Shown: positions 38,623-52,401 of the stretch, piece by piece
How positions within the stretch are numbered: position 1 is the first letter of the stretch
Layout of the letters: the number at the start of each line of letters is the position of its first letter
Assembly (NCBI GenBank): GCA_002633005.1
Contig: NMRA01000219.1
Coordinates: 287,990-351,989 of the forward strand
Length of the DNA: 64,000 bases
Origin: Phoronis australis
Lineage: Eukaryota > Animalia > Phoronida
Reading direction: 5' to 3'
The notes under the pieces: generated by a model
Seen by the model: the letters and a program-made list of their open reading frames with translations, nothing else
What the model was told of the DNA's origin: nothing
Databases searched by the model: none
Translations under genes and position numbers: made by a program

Positions 38623-40622
38623 GTGAGTAAGCCTAACCTCATCCTTTTTCCCCTGCACACATGCGCACACACGTGAGGTTATTTTGCTGTCATCTCAGTC
38701 TGCCTCACTGCCTGTCTGGTATCTGCCTGTATCTCAAAACGTGATTCATGAACTTTTTGACTATGGTACAGAATTTGAGCATGGTAAACCGTTAAGTTGG
38801 TGCTACGTTTCTTTGATGAAAACATGAGAAAATTAAATTCCATCTTTCCACCATGTCTTAGTGTCCTAAATAGGCGTCGTTTTACTGCACTGTCTGCTCT
38901 GTGACAATTTGTGTTTTCTTTGTGTATGTCTCAATACCTGAGTTCTTGGATGGACATGTACAAAATTTGGCATGTTTTTTTCATATTGGGAAAAGCGCAG
39001 CTGATGTCCACAACCGATTTTGATTTTCGCATGGATCCAACTACTCTAGAAATATTTGGAAAAATGAACAACCCTAATATCTGTGCCATTTACGAGGTGG
39101 ACGATTGTCACACTGCATTCCTCTTGTTTATTTGTGCGAATGTACCATTCAAAGTCTCTGTGTCTGTAAAGCCAGGAATGTTTGTTAGATCGTCTTTATC
39201 TTTGCTAAAATGAGCTTTAGTGGTAAATTTACAAAGTGTCTCTGCTTCCCAAAATTTCCAAACTTCTACTTGGTTTGTGCTTACGCTCTGCTTACCGCGC
39301 AACCCCAATTTATACATCCGAGACTACATTAAAAGTGACGGGTAAACGCTATGGTAAATAACTTTAATGTTATCTCAAACCACCGTCGTGAACGTGAGAT
39401 CGAAATCGCAAAAGACAAATTACCCAAAGTAAAGAGTTCCACCTTCCATTTTCTTAGTTTTTGAGGTTTCATTTAGCTAACATGAAATGAATACCATAAA
39501 ATCTAACTAAATAACCACCTTTTGTGTCAAATTGTTTAATTTTGAAGAAAAATTAGTTATTTTCAAATTTCCCGCCACATGATGTAATGGGTGGAAGACG
39601 TTTGGTAACTTGACAATCAATTGCAATGGCGCAACACAGCAGACCATAAGACAATGACGATTATTATGCAAAAAGAGAGGAGAGAGGATACGGGCATCGC
39701 ACTCAAGTACTTGAAGAATCCGACAATGATTTCGATTTCCCACTCAGCGAACGACTTTGAGGCCGTATGAACTCGACCCACTTACATGATAAATTGTGCA
39801 GACATATGTGAGCCACAACTACCTGAACCAAGGGATGGTAAATATTCACAAAATAGGCACATAATAATCACTGGCAAAGAATACAGTAATTCTGGGTAAT
39901 TGGTATTCACTATGATACAATGAGCACGGTCAAAACACAATGCAAAAGAAGTGGGCCGGGATCTACGGCCTGGCATCACTCGCCCTAGAATGGAAGCAGT
40001 TTGTTCGTTATTTATAAGGTTTGCAAATACAGGGTGGCGAGTCCTTCACCGTAACATTGTTTTTGTGGTTGGTCGAAACACGATTCCTTGAAATATGCCG
40101 AACAAAGTGTCTTCCGACTGAATCGCATGTTCCACACTGACATTCCACACTCTCGTATGGCGCACAAACTGATGCCATTTCTGTGCAACTTTTACGCATT
40201 TAGGAAATTTGAACGCAGTGACGTTCTCTGTCAAGTTGCTGTTACTAATGCTTCCACAAACGCCCTTATCGTGTCTGAAAAAGGCGGCTCTCCGCTGACT
40301 TTCCTGACAACTCCTCAGTATCGCACTGGTAAAAACAACAACAGTGGAGACGGCCTTCCACCCATTACGTACAACCTCGATAAGAGAAAAAATGTTTGTT
40401 AAATTTTTGGCTTGTTTCTTATCAACAGGTAAACTTAAGGCTATTAAATCTCTTGAGATGTATTAATAAAATTCTTTTTGAGACACAAGATCATGGTGGG
40501 AGCTTTTTAAGGAATTTGCGTGAGGATTTATTTCTTTTCACAACTTCCTGTGTTCGTGAACATTAAGTCTCAGAAGCGTGAATTAAAGCGACTAGTAGCA
40601 TTCGTTCTCGTATGTATGCAGA

Positions 40623-41828
40623 ATAGGTTCGTCATTGGTCTCTAGAGGCATTGTAGTATAAGGTGGTCACTTACTTAGAGACGTGGTTGGTTGTTTACAG
40701 ACGTTTCGACCTGGTCCGCCAGGTCTTTATCGATGAATGAGGGCTTTCCCGCCTTTCGCTGGTTAGGAATGCTGGAATACACGGGGGAGGGGGTAAATGG
40801 AAAATGGAGTCCTTGGTCCCGGTTCAAGAGGGGGCTCTGACTGCTGATGTTTATGGACTCTTTGAGCTTGCGAGGATACCGATTCTGTTCTTTGGCTAAG
40901 ATGCTGGATGAATCAAGAAAGATAGAATGCCCAGTCGCCAATATGTGTTCCCCCACAGCTGTTGGTCTGTCCAGTTTCTGATGTTCTTTGAATCTGGTAA
41001 GGAACTGTCTCTTGGTTTCTCCAAAGTAGGTGTGGTTGGGATCCTGGTCACACTTCAGCTGATATAGACCCCACATTGTTTTGCCATCGGGGTTGGGTTT
41101 TGGGTCTGACTAGTAGGGAACGGAGGGTGTTGGATAGAGCGGATCGTTGCATCACGGACTACCGAGACTATGTCGAAGAGGGTGATCATGCTGAAGATGC
41201 GTAGCGAGCCAATGGATACCAGGAATGGATGTTCACAGACCCTGCTAGTCGTAAATCTACCGACAAATTCGATGGTCCCTCCGTTGCCATCCCATACATA
41301 AGAGGAGTGTCTGAACGACTACAACCCACTTACAGAACGCATGGGATTTCTTACATGAAACCTATCAGCACCTTCCGTTCCCTACTAGTCAGACCCAAAG
41401 ACCCAACTCCGATGGCTAAACAATGTGGGGCCGGTCATATACCAGCTGAAGTGTGACCAGGATCCCAATCACGCCTACATTGGAGAAACCAAGAGACCGT
41501 TCCTTACCAGATTCAAAGAACATCAGAAAGTAGACAGACCAACAGCTGTGGGGGAACACATACATGCGACTGGGTAATCCATCTCTCTTGCAACATCCAG
41601 GATCCTAGCCAAAGAACAAAATTGGTATCTTCTAAAGCTCAAAGAGTCCATAAACATCAGCAGTCAGCGCCCCCTTATGAACCAGGACCAAGGACTCCAT
41701 TTACCCCCCGTGTATTCCAGCATTCTTAACCAGAGAAAAGCGGGAAATCCTTCATTCATCGACAAAGACCTGGCGAAACGTCTGCAAACATCCAACCACG
41801 TTTCTAAGTAAGTGACCACCTTATACTA
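40623..41828. mobile_element. Penelope-like element with inverted 3' segments (GIY-YIG on both strands)
   Basis: Minus ORF 40675-41076 GLYQLKC..YFGETKR..RFKEH..LKES..LNRDQG mirrored on plus 41430-41829; cgtatgtatgcaga repeated at 40609-40622 and 41829-41842. Confidence 0.88.
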
Positions 41829-41922
41829 CGTATGTATGCAGACACACAACTCTCTCAGGATCAAAGCTACGTTTTGTCTTCGTTTTCTCTGGTATATTTT
41901 TATTTGTCGCTGATGCAATAGT

Positions 41923-42625
41923 AGAGAGGTTTCATAAGCGACGTGAACGATTCACGTTACAGTAACAAAAATGGGTTTCGCGACAGCTAAATTTTTACGT
42001 TAACATGAAAGTAAACGTGAACTGAAAAACTGAGCTCAGGATGTCCAGTTATCGTAGTACATATCCGCTACAGATATGCAAGTTAGAAATGTGTTTGTTG
42101 AATGTAAAAATCGTTTCTACGAACTCCTGCGAAAAATGATTAACTCTTAGAATGCGAAATATATTTGCAGTTAAAAATGAGTAAATGCCTATCATTTCAG
42201 CATGTAAATAAGTTGACAACACAGAATCACGGTTACAAAGCATTCATTCTAGTTCGATGATATCAGTGAACCCCTGCATAATAAGGATTTTGGAAAAATG
42301 CTTTCTTGCAACTAAACTTTATGAACATATATAGACAAAAGAATCGTGTTCATTTTATACTGAAGCAAGGAAGAAAGGTTCAGAACCCTATCAAAGTAAA
42401 AATCTTTTCTGTGTCTTACTAAATAAGAATTAAAAAATGTGCCACAGGTTTCGCGTTTAAAGCGACTCGAATCTCTCCGTATTTGCGTAAAACACTCAAA
42501 CACCGTTGCGATTACGTCACAGCGAACAATGACATCATAGATAATAATAGTTTATGATGACATGTATGACACGGAATTATAAATGCCTGATAATTCACGT
42601 TCACGTCGCTTTGCGAAGCCTTTCT
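41923..42625. mobile_element. MITE (~700 bp)
   Basis: Imperfect TIRs agagaggtttcataagcgacgtgaacg / cgttcacgtcgctttgcgaagcctttct. Confidence 0.7.
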
Positions 42626-43057
42626 GTCATGGCGCCTCGGTGAATGAAATGACGGAGCTGCACAGTTTCTGGTGGGAGATTCGACTTGAGTGACAGCCCT
42701 ATAATCTTTGACCTCGGGTAAGTAGTAAACCAATTTCCACGCAGTTGTGCAGTTCCAAGAGGTTCTGCCAAATTTTTTTTCGCTACACCGTATATATTTC
42801 GCATATGAATTTCCCCGAGAATGACGATAACATTTTGCTAGACATGTGAAACATTGTAACATGGCCAATTTTTGTGAATAAGGTTTGAGATATCCTTTTA
42901 AAAATGCAAAAGAATTGTTTGGTGACTACTTATCTTTTGTGAAAAAAATGAAAAACCAACAAAATTTGGTTTGCCCGCAACACTGTGTGTGGCAGGATTT
43001 TACCGTACTTTCATTCAGCGAGTCTCCATATTTTGATAGCTGTGTCACAACTTTCAG

Positions 43058-43244
43058 TGTTTGCTACCTCGCTGGTCAACTTGTCACTGCTCTACGTCAC
43101 AGACAGCCTGAGTTAGACATTACGGACCAGGACATATTGTGTGTTCAGATAGCAGGCTTGTGCCACGACCTAGGCCATGGACCATTTTCACACATGTTCG
43201 ATTGTGATTTTATACCGATGGTTGACCCAGATTCCACTTGGAAA
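43058..43244 (+). CDS. SAMHD1: SAMHD1 exon 5 (HD motif)
   Basis: ctttcag|..[62 protein letters not shown]|gtgagt, 187 nt. Confidence 0.97.
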
Positions 43245-43720
43245 GTGAGTGTTAACTTATTAATTTTCGTATTCATACTTCGTCAGGAGACAACATTTCT
43301 GTGAAGTCGTTAGCTGTATGTATGGTGTACTGCGTAACTGGTAGATGGCATTGCTGTAAGGCGTTGAATAAATTAACTGGATCAACTGAGTCGCGTTCGA
43401 AACATCAAGCTGTGTTAAACGTCAGAAGCCATACTGCATGCTTTTCGTAGTTTGTTGCAGAGACACTTGATTACATTTTTCGTGGTAATTTACTTGTCTT
43501 TGCACATAAAGTCCTGGGGTCACGAGATCTGTTTCCTTTTTCAATGAGCAAAGAAATTCGTGACCCACAAAAATGAATGTTAAGTTTGCTGTCACTAACG
43601 TGTTTTAAGTTGTGCTTATCATCATAATGCATTTTGTTGATCTTAAATATAGAATTCAACAGTCTCTCTCTTACTGAAATGCTGCCAAATATTGTTTTGT
43701 TTCGTTTTCCAACATTTTAG

Positions 43721-43870
43721 CATGAAGATGCATCAGTCAAAATGTTCGACCATCTTGTGAAGGAAAATAAACTGGTCTCTGAATTTGAAAAGTATGAACT
43801 CGCGGAAAAAGACCGTGAATTTATCAAAGAACAAGTTGCTGGACCGCAAGATAAGAACATATCTTTGGAC
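43721..43870 (+). CDS. SAMHD1: SAMHD1 exon 6
   Basis: ttttag|HEDASVKMFDHLVKENKLVSEFEKYELAEKDREFIKEQVAGPQDKNISLD|gtaagt, 150 nt. Confidence 0.95.
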
Positions 43871-46356
43871 GTAAGTTGATCAAGAGAAATGCCGCAGACC
43901 AATAACGCTTTTAGCTTATTTTCGGGTTGTTTTACAGTTTACACAAGTTCGAGTAGATCTGAACATTCATGAAGAACAACCCCTGACCTACAGGACCAAC
44001 GAATCTGGCTGTGAGCTCGGCTGGATGTTCCCTATTTTTGCAATTAAGAGAGTCGATTCAGCAAATTTGAACGCCAAACACAAAACAACAACGCGATCAA
44101 AACAAATCAAAGATCTTCCAAGTTTACTAATCGTCTCGTTCCTGGCAGAGTGAAATCGTCTCGCCAGCTCTGTGTTTTTGGGGAACTCCGAGAAGGCCAC
44201 AAATTTTGTAATTTCTTCGGTAAATACGTTGGAAAAACGAAATGTTAACTTCAAAAAATCTCAAAGTTTCATTAAGTATAAACGAGTATACGACAGAAAG
44301 CAAGTAATAAAAAATGAGAAATGATGCGTATACACATTAACACACTTTGTCCTTATGTTTAGTAGAACGGGGTCATTGGTAGCCGCTCGTGGAATTATTC
44401 CCGTGACAACGATAGTACACTCACAATCCGCCATTTCACATCACGTTTTTACACAACTTTAGTATATTTCTGCTTTTAACCACCAGTCTTGAGCCAGAGC
44501 AGATTCGTGTTGATACATCTTATGGGAAAGTCACTCAGCAACTTAATAAAATTACGAAATGCGCAAAAAGTGCAGATTCCTCTATTGCCGCGGATCGTTG
44601 GTCGAGGGGGTTGCGGGTCATGGGTGGAGGGTATCACGGGGTGTGGGTGTCGAAGGGGTTTTATAACGACTCGTAAATTTCAACAACCTTGATTAGGTTT
44701 AATGGTTTGTCACCTTATTTGATTTTTCTCTAAGCTCCAATTTTCTTGCCTCCTTACTAAGCATTGATTAGGTTGGAAAAATACTGGTGAACAACGTCAA
44801 CGAAAATCTTGAAAGAGGTTGTTAGGCCAGTCACCTATTTTAACGTTCAATACCAAGCTTGGAAACTTTGTATCTTGCTAATCATTGCTCTGCAAGCTTG
44901 AATAAGATTATTGGTCAGTAATCTAATTCAAACAGACTCTGGTAGAAATTAACTTATTGCCTTATTGAATCATAATGAACATAAATGTCTCATGTGCACT
45001 ATAATCGAGTGCGCTAAAATAATGATGTCTGCTGCACTGCTACCATGGCTGTGCTGGCTTAGTTCTATTGTTCAAGCTTGAAAAACATTGTCAAACCTTA
45101 ATAACATTGCTGAAGCTTGAATAATATTGTTCAAGCTTAAATAACACTGCATACTTTTACGCTTGATTAATCTTGCCCATAAAGATTATTCAAGCTGAAA
45201 AAGGAAAAACTTGAACATTAATAGAGAAAAACAAAAAAACAAAGTCTGCACTGTATACCATTATTTAGATTTTTTGAAGTTAGTAAGCTTTTGGGCCATA
45301 ATAGTTTAACTATTTGACATATTCATTGCCGCGCAAACTCAAGTCAACAGGCGTCACAGACTCACACCAAGGAGTGTAGTAGTGTAGTAGGAGAGTTCAC
45401 TCCGCCATTTTGCCATTCGCAAGCGGTGAATAATCAATACTTACTTGCCCAAGGAGAAGGACTCTGCTGTGATTGATCAGTTTAGAACAATATCACTGCT
45501 GAGTGTAGAAGGGAAGATGTTCTTTGGGATCCTTGCTAGGAGAATGAAATCCTATCTCTTAGACAACAAGTACATAGACACATCTGTCCAGAAAAGAGGA
45601 ATTCCTGGTTTCTCAGGCTGTTGAACATACGAGTGTCTTGAGCTAGCTGATTAGGGAGGCCAAGTCGAAGAGGAAAGACCTGACGTGTGTGTGGCTAGAC
45701 TTAGCCAATGCCTACGGTTCCATACCCCACCAGCTGATCAACATAGCATTAGAGTACTATCACGCTCCAGATCATGTCAGGCGCATGTTAACAGATTATT
45801 TTCGAGGTATCCAGTTGAGGTTTACTGCAGGTGCCATCACTACAGACTGGATCAAGCTGGAAAGAGGTATAATAACTGGATGTACCATCTCTCCTGCTCT
45901 GTTCATCATGGGGATGAATTTTCTGATAAAGGCCGGAGAAAGGGAATGTATGGGTTCGAGGCTACAGTCCGGTTTCGTGGTGCCTGCATTTATGGATGAC
46001 TTGACAATAACTACGGTGACGCATGTGCAAGCTCGGTGGGTTTTGGCAGCACTAGATGAAGTTGCAACGTGGGCTCGTATGAAGTTTAAACCCAGGAAGT
46101 CGAGACTTCTGATAATGAGAGGTGGGGAAGTGATCAACAGATTTACCTTGACCATTCAATGCGAAGAAATTCCATCAATTGTTAACAACCCCATCAAGTG
46201 CCTAGGTAAACGGTACGATGATCTCCTGTGCGACAAGAACAACATCAAGCAGATGGAGACCCAGGTGACGGAGGGGTTGAAGAGAATAGAGAAAAGCAGT
46301 CTTCCTGACAACTGCAAGGATTTACCAGCACGGGATGTTACCTTGAGCAACGTAGG

Positions 46357-47426
46357 TGTTACGGGGAGATTTAATGTAGGATGAACATGTCATTTATTTA
46401 TCATTAAGGTATGATAAAAACAAATTACAACTTGGGTTAACAATGTACATGAGAATACTATTATATGAGAAGTATTAGTATTAATTAAGTATATAGTGGT
46501 TGTTGTATAATTAATTAAAGGTATTAGTTGTTTACTGAAATTTATTGCCTCCTATGAGTGCATAGGAAATGAATCAGCATGTTTGTCTCTAACCACGTGT
46601 TTATGTTATGCTAGCAGAATTATGTAACTTTAAATTCACCGGAATTGGTCAACTGTGGGGTTAGCCAGTTCTGACAACAACAATAGTCTTGTTATTATTC
46701 AGCAGAAATTACTTAAAGATTTGTCTGTCCGTGACCATATCTGGCGAAAGCTTAGGTTCATAAGTGGAATCTTATGATGTTGTTCCAGGAGCTGTTTTGG
46801 AACTATGAGTACATTTGGAGGAAGTTTGTGGGTTTTATGTTTTGATCTAACTCGCCCACCTTTATTCTGTTTGAGTATAAGTATACCGTTAGCTTTTCAA
46901 GAAGGCATATTTCCAACGAGAGGCAACCAGATTGGTATAGAGGTATTAGATATTTCTTGGAGAGAGGCAACCAGCTTGCTACAGAGATATCGTAGATGTT
47001 CCTGTAGAGATGCTACTGGTTTGCTGAGAAATATCACAAGTTATAGAATTTCGATGGACTGAATTTCAAACAGGGTACATTGTATCTAGAATTTGATGGA
47101 CTGAATTCAATGTTAACATATATGTTGTTCGATGGACTGAACTTCATGGTTATTCCGAAGCATTTCATCAAGTGAAGATTGCTTGGAAGACTGGATCGAA
47201 TGATCCAGAGAAGAGGAAACTCCTCCTAACAAGTGTAACACTGGATCCAAGGCCAACGCCAGGAACGGGAAACGTGATCACAGACTGATTAAATTAGCCT
47301 TCTTTGTTAATCCTTATGACTAGTCATTTAGGGACATTCAAACATTTAGTCAATATACTCATTATTACATCCAAATCAAAATGTGTTGTTTCAACCGCCA
47401 ACCGGCAAGATATTCACCACGTGACA
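46357..47426. mobile_element. Solo LTR (~1.07 kb) inserted in Hero RT region
   Basis: TGTTACG..CGTGACA ends; flanks gtagg/gtggg; Hero coding similarity resumes after it (LMLYDIP). Confidence 0.8.
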
Positions 47427-48677
47427 GTGGGGTCTTATGCTGTATGACATCCCGATATCGGCACTAGAGTGCCTGGAGAGAACAGTGAGCAAGTGGCTGA
47501 GGAAGTGGTTGGGAGTCCCAAGAAGCTTCACACATAGCCTCTAGCGTCAATCACGGAGGAGTTTAAAGTAGGAAAGTGCAGGCTGGTTCTCACATTACGC
47601 GATTCTAGATCCAAAGGTGAGGGATGCTGGTGTCATGACGAGATCAGGGTGACGGTGGCCAGCAGACACATCTGTGAGTCAGGCGGAGAGTTTGTTACAG
47701 ATCAGAGATATAATTGGTAGCACCTGCGTAGGACGCCAGGTGTTGGGGACATCCCAGTTCCAACAGTGGGAGAAGGCGAGTGAGAGGCAGCAGAGGGAGA
47801 TGGTCCAAGCTGAGGTGAGAGCAGCAGAAGGGGAAGCCCGTAAAGCCAATGCAGTCCAACGAAGCCAGCAAGGAGCATGGACCAGATGGAATCTTCCAGA
47901 GAGGAAGATATCGTGGTCAGATGTGTGGAGGATGGAGCCAATACGTGTCCAGTTTTTACTTCGCTCGGTTTACGACGTGTTACCATCGCCAGCAAACCTT
48001 CTTCGCTGGGGCCTAGTGGATGACCCAGCCTGCCAGTTGTGTGGGGGAAGAGGTACATTGGCCCACATCTTATCAGGGTGCAAGATGGCACTGCAGCAGG
48101 GCCGATACAGATGACGTCACGACCAAGTACTGAAGACCCTTGCAGACATCATAGATGGAGAGCGTAAGACAAGAGCAACTCAGCCTAGGGCAAGCAGACA
48201 GCACATACAATACGTCAGGGCAGGTGAGATACGGAAGAAGTCACGTCAGCAGCCTTGCATCCTGGATGGAGTAAGCTGAGTATTGTGGAAACATCACTGC
48301 TGCCCGACATCATTCTGTGGTCGGATATTCATCAATGTATAGTGATCATAGAGCTCACGGTGCCTTGGGAGGAAGGATGCGAAGAGGCCCATGAGAGGAA
48401 GTTATCTAAGTATAGCGATCTGGAGGAGACATGCAGAGCTCGAGGCTGGCGAACTTGGTTGTTTCCTGTAGAGGTGGGATGTACAGGATTCCCTGCAAGA
48501 TCTGTCTGATGGTTGCTGGAGAAGCTTGGTGTGCGAGGGGGAGGAAGAAAGCTGCAGTGAGAAGACTGGGCGAGACAGCTGAGAGACATCTTGTTGGCTG
48601 TGGTACCATCGGAATGAAGGAAGTTGGAGGCCTCGGTGATGCACAGTGGGTTGGCCGCCACTGTGGACCCACCAGTG

Positions 48678-48740
48678 GAGACCGTTATGGTTTAGGGTCG
48701 AAACGATTCAAGGAAGCTGGATATCATCTGACGACATCAA
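48678..48740 (+). ncRNA. Candidate rearranged hammerhead-like motif in Hero 3' UTR
   Basis: CGU-U ... GAAA-CG ... CUGACGA with helix I and III pairing; helix II not canonical. Confidence 0.45.
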
Positions 48741-48979
48741 GCTACGCCTCCGACTAGTTAGTGTACGGCGGGTAGAAGAGAATCCTAGTTTAGCTGTTAC
48801 GAAGAAGGGGCGACAAGACGTCAGACTGCATAGAAGCCTGACAACTACTGAGACAGACAACACCACTGTAAGTACACACACACAGGAACGCAGTCCGAAC
48901 AATGTAAAAACTTATAAATTCATACTTTAATGACGTTCGACGTGCAATAAAAATTACCTGAAACACTGTTGTTGTGTGA

Positions 48980-51000
48980 TGTTTCTCCAAGTGCTGTCAT
49001 CAGCTAGAATGCATCCTCATCGATAATTTCGACCCCTAATCTATAATCATCTCGGATGCCGGGTCCCCGAAGTTGATCAGGCTTCGGTCATCACTTGGGG
49101 TGTCATCTGTTTTCTCGCTGTAACCATAACCACGACGACGCCTCTTCAGCAGATCTCATCACTGACTGCACCAAACTCTTCTTCGACAGTGTGCTGATAC
49201 CTAAGAATTTCATCAACCTCCACATGCTGCTCCCGATGAAACCTCAACATCCTACTTCGACTGGCATGCAAAAACACTTCCAACCAGCTACTGAACAATC
49301 ATGGGAAAGTTCTGCATACTTAAGTCTTTTCCTCTCGTTGGCCTCTACCATTCGGGATTCCCATGGTACTGTAAGTTCTACTAAAATGACCGTCTTTGTA
49401 CCATCTGACCATAATACCAAGTCAGGCCGGAGTGTCGTTATCACTATATGGCTCGGGAATACTGCCAACGTCCCTACATCCACAATCATCTTCCAATCAC
49501 TCGCTGTAGTCAACACACCTGCATCTTTCCTCCTTCCCAATGCACCTTCTCTGCAAAATGATATTTGTGGGCTTTCGGTGTTGCTAACCACCTTCCTTCA
49601 TTCTAGATCCAAAATATGCGCAATCACCTTGAGAATCTTTTCATGTCTCCACTTGTATTTGCCTTCCGCCAAAGCCGACTTACAGGATGACAAAACGTGC
49701 TGTAAAGTGCAGCGCTCCCCACAACTGCTGCAATAATCGTCTTCTATCCTTCCCCATAACTTCAGGTTTGTCGGACTAGGGAGTACGTCATACACAAAAC
49801 GCAGGATAAAACTCAATCTGTACTGGTCACATGAAGTCAGGTCGTTCACTGTAATGCGCCTACTGTGAACCCCCTCCCATGCTGTCCAGGCGCCCTGCTT
49901 TCTCAAACCCACAACATGAGAAAAGCGCTTCTCCTCTTCCTGGTGACTTACTTCGTCTAACACCATACAACGACGCTCTTTCCCTCTAGTTCTCTTCCAC
50001 CTCTTAAACGGTTTCATGCCAAGGCCTTCACGTCCTCTAGAAAATGCCCCTACTAAATCTTTATGGTGAAGCCTGCTCTCTGCTGATGCTACTTCCTCCT
50101 CTGGACTCCCCTTCCTTCCCGCAAAAACGTCAATCTTTACACCACTGATATCATCATCTTTCGAGTCCCTCAGAGTCAGGAACGTCCTGCACTTAACGAC
50201 TTTAAACTCTTCCACAATAGATCGGGTAGGTAGGTTTACTGCTGAAGACCTCGTGTACAGGCATAACCTGGTGAAACTTGGGGGGAATGCCTAACCACTT
50301 GCGCAACTAGCAGCTAACCAAGCGCTGTATCCTCTCCGCTGCTGAAATAGGTAGATCGTACACTGTCAAAGGCCACATGGCCTTTGGGAATAGACCAAAC
50401 TGGTAACACCATACCTTAAAGCGACCAGGTAATCCACACTTATCGATCTTCTGAAGATTTTCCTGCAAACTTTTCAGCGCTGCTTTCACATGGCCTCCAT
50501 CCTTCAATGTGCCGTCATACTCTTTTCCCAGATAGTTCACTGATTTGTCAGACACCGAAGGTATCACATCTTCATCCACCTTAAAAGCGAAATGTGGGTT
50601 AATCTTCCCTCGAACCAGCACTAAACTCCTTGATTTTGCTACTTTGAACGCCATACGAGCCCACCTGGGTAGATCACCCAAGGCTTTTAGAATCTGGCCT
50701 GCCCCCAAAGCCGACTGAGTTGTAACAGTGAGATCATCCACATGTGCTCGACAACTTGGTAGACGCTTGTTCTGCAATAAAGGTCCCCTCCACTCCTTGG
50801 ATGCTCGCTTAATCATAACATTCATGGCCATCACAAACAGAATTATAGAAATTGTGCACCCAGTCATGATCCCCTTCTGCAAAGGTTGCTACTCTGTTGT
50901 AAAACCATTAACTGAGAATCTCATTCTTGTTCCCGTGAAGTATTTGCTGAAGAGAGAACGTAGATCTTCCGGCAAATGATACATACACATCGCCTTCTCT
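48980..51000 (-). mobile_element. Second 5'-truncated Hero-clade retrotransposon (different family), tail-to-tail with the first
   Basis: GIMTGCTIS, AHVDDLT, WARMAFKVAKS, VYDVLPSPTNL, CSSCG..HVLSSC, RHEKIL, RPDLVLWS..ELTVPWE..VEVG. Confidence 0.9.
48991..49053 (-). ncRNA. Candidate rearranged hammerhead-like motif in second Hero 3' UTR
   Basis: GAUGAU-U ... GAAA-UUAUC ... CUGAUGA; same order and spacing as the plus-strand copy. Confidence 0.45.
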
Positions 51001-52401
51001 AAAAAATTACTGTGTGATTGAAAATGATTGAAATACGCAAGGTAACATGTATTTACAATCGAATGAGAATGAAAATGTGTGTTTTAATCAATATTAAAGT
51101 GTATTTGTTTTTATTCTCTTAAAGCTCTCTTCACAAACCGTCATGATTTTGTTTCATGTTTGAATTCTTAACAACGCAAATTATCGTTCCTTATAACAGT
51201 TCATGCCTAGATGGACTATATAATTTGAGTGATTGCTACCGGGGGCTCAGAGGGGAATTACCACCAGGTGCCAACAAAGGGGGTACCAGGCATAAAATAG
51301 GTGGGCGTCAAATGGGTGTTGACCACCTCCCAGGGGAGTTATATGGGAGCAGTGGTAAACTGGTAAAAACCAATGGGGTATGCCACATGAGTGTTGAGCC
51401 CCCTCCAATCGTCACAAACTTTGGTTGCTCCCCTGACCATTGACAACATGTTGCTCCCAGCTCACTGCTGGTTTCATCTCCACCCAACAATTTTGCATGT
51501 GTTCCCTATCCAATGCAGCAGGATTCTAGGAACGCCAACAATCGTTTGGTGCACAAGTAAGAAGAAGAAAGTAAGGCAATTCACTACTACCACAAAATTG
51601 TAATCCATTCTGATGCACTCTCGCAAAAACTTTTTGAACATTCCATTATTTCTTAGACAAAGCAGTACAGGGTAAACTTCCCACTATAATCACCAATACT
51701 TACAAGTCAGTTGCTAACCTGCAGAATAGCTCACAACTTACAAAATGTAGTAACATCACTCACAACTAGTCAAAGTTCAAAATGTCCTGACAAAAAACTT
51801 TAAGAGGTACTGAACAGTAATCAAAATATTCACTACCCACACAACTTCATACAAAACTCGGAATTAAAAAGACTTGGATGATAAGACCAAAATTTCATTT
51901 TATATACCCACTGTTCCTATTATTAATAACAGTACAAATTTCAGGTAAGTTAAAGCCAGACCACAGATCATATCTGATACCTAGCCACAGCTGGGACTTA
52001 AATTAATCACAATCTTCAAAAACGTACAATATAGGCAACACATACACCAATACAACAAGAAAATCTGACCAACCTTCTCTTCACTAGTAAACAACAGCTC
52101 TTTTTGTCAAAGAAATGCGTTATAAAAAAGCTGAAAACTAATTTACTCACAGAGGTGTTTGTCATCGAGAAGCAAACTGATGCGGATAGCTTGGGTTTAT
52201 CAAAATTTCATCCCACCATTCAGACTCAGAAAGAGCCATCAGTTTCACGTTGGCTCTCTCCAAATCACAGGCTAAGCATTCATAAAATGTTTCAATCAGA
52301 TCAACCTTAGTAAAATATGACAACCACACTTTCACTAATCGTCCTTTCTACACGTGATGTCCCAGTACTTGCTTTGTGAGACCATAATCAGACATGCAAT
52401 T

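Larger units (their letters stand above)
45438..48760 (+). mobile_element. 5'-truncated Hero-clade (R2 group, REL endonuclease) non-LTR retrotransposon, split by a solo LTR
   Basis: LPKE..QFRTISLL, WLDLANAYGSIPH, GIITGCTIS, AFMDDLT, WARMKFKPRKS; CCHC finger CQLCG..HILSGC; RHDQVL; PDIILWS..ELTVPWEE..K..KY..VEVG. Confidence 0.9.

Noticed and set aside
39600-40400. Possibly decayed coding sequence in intron 4
   Set aside because: Short frames with many stops and no motif I can assign
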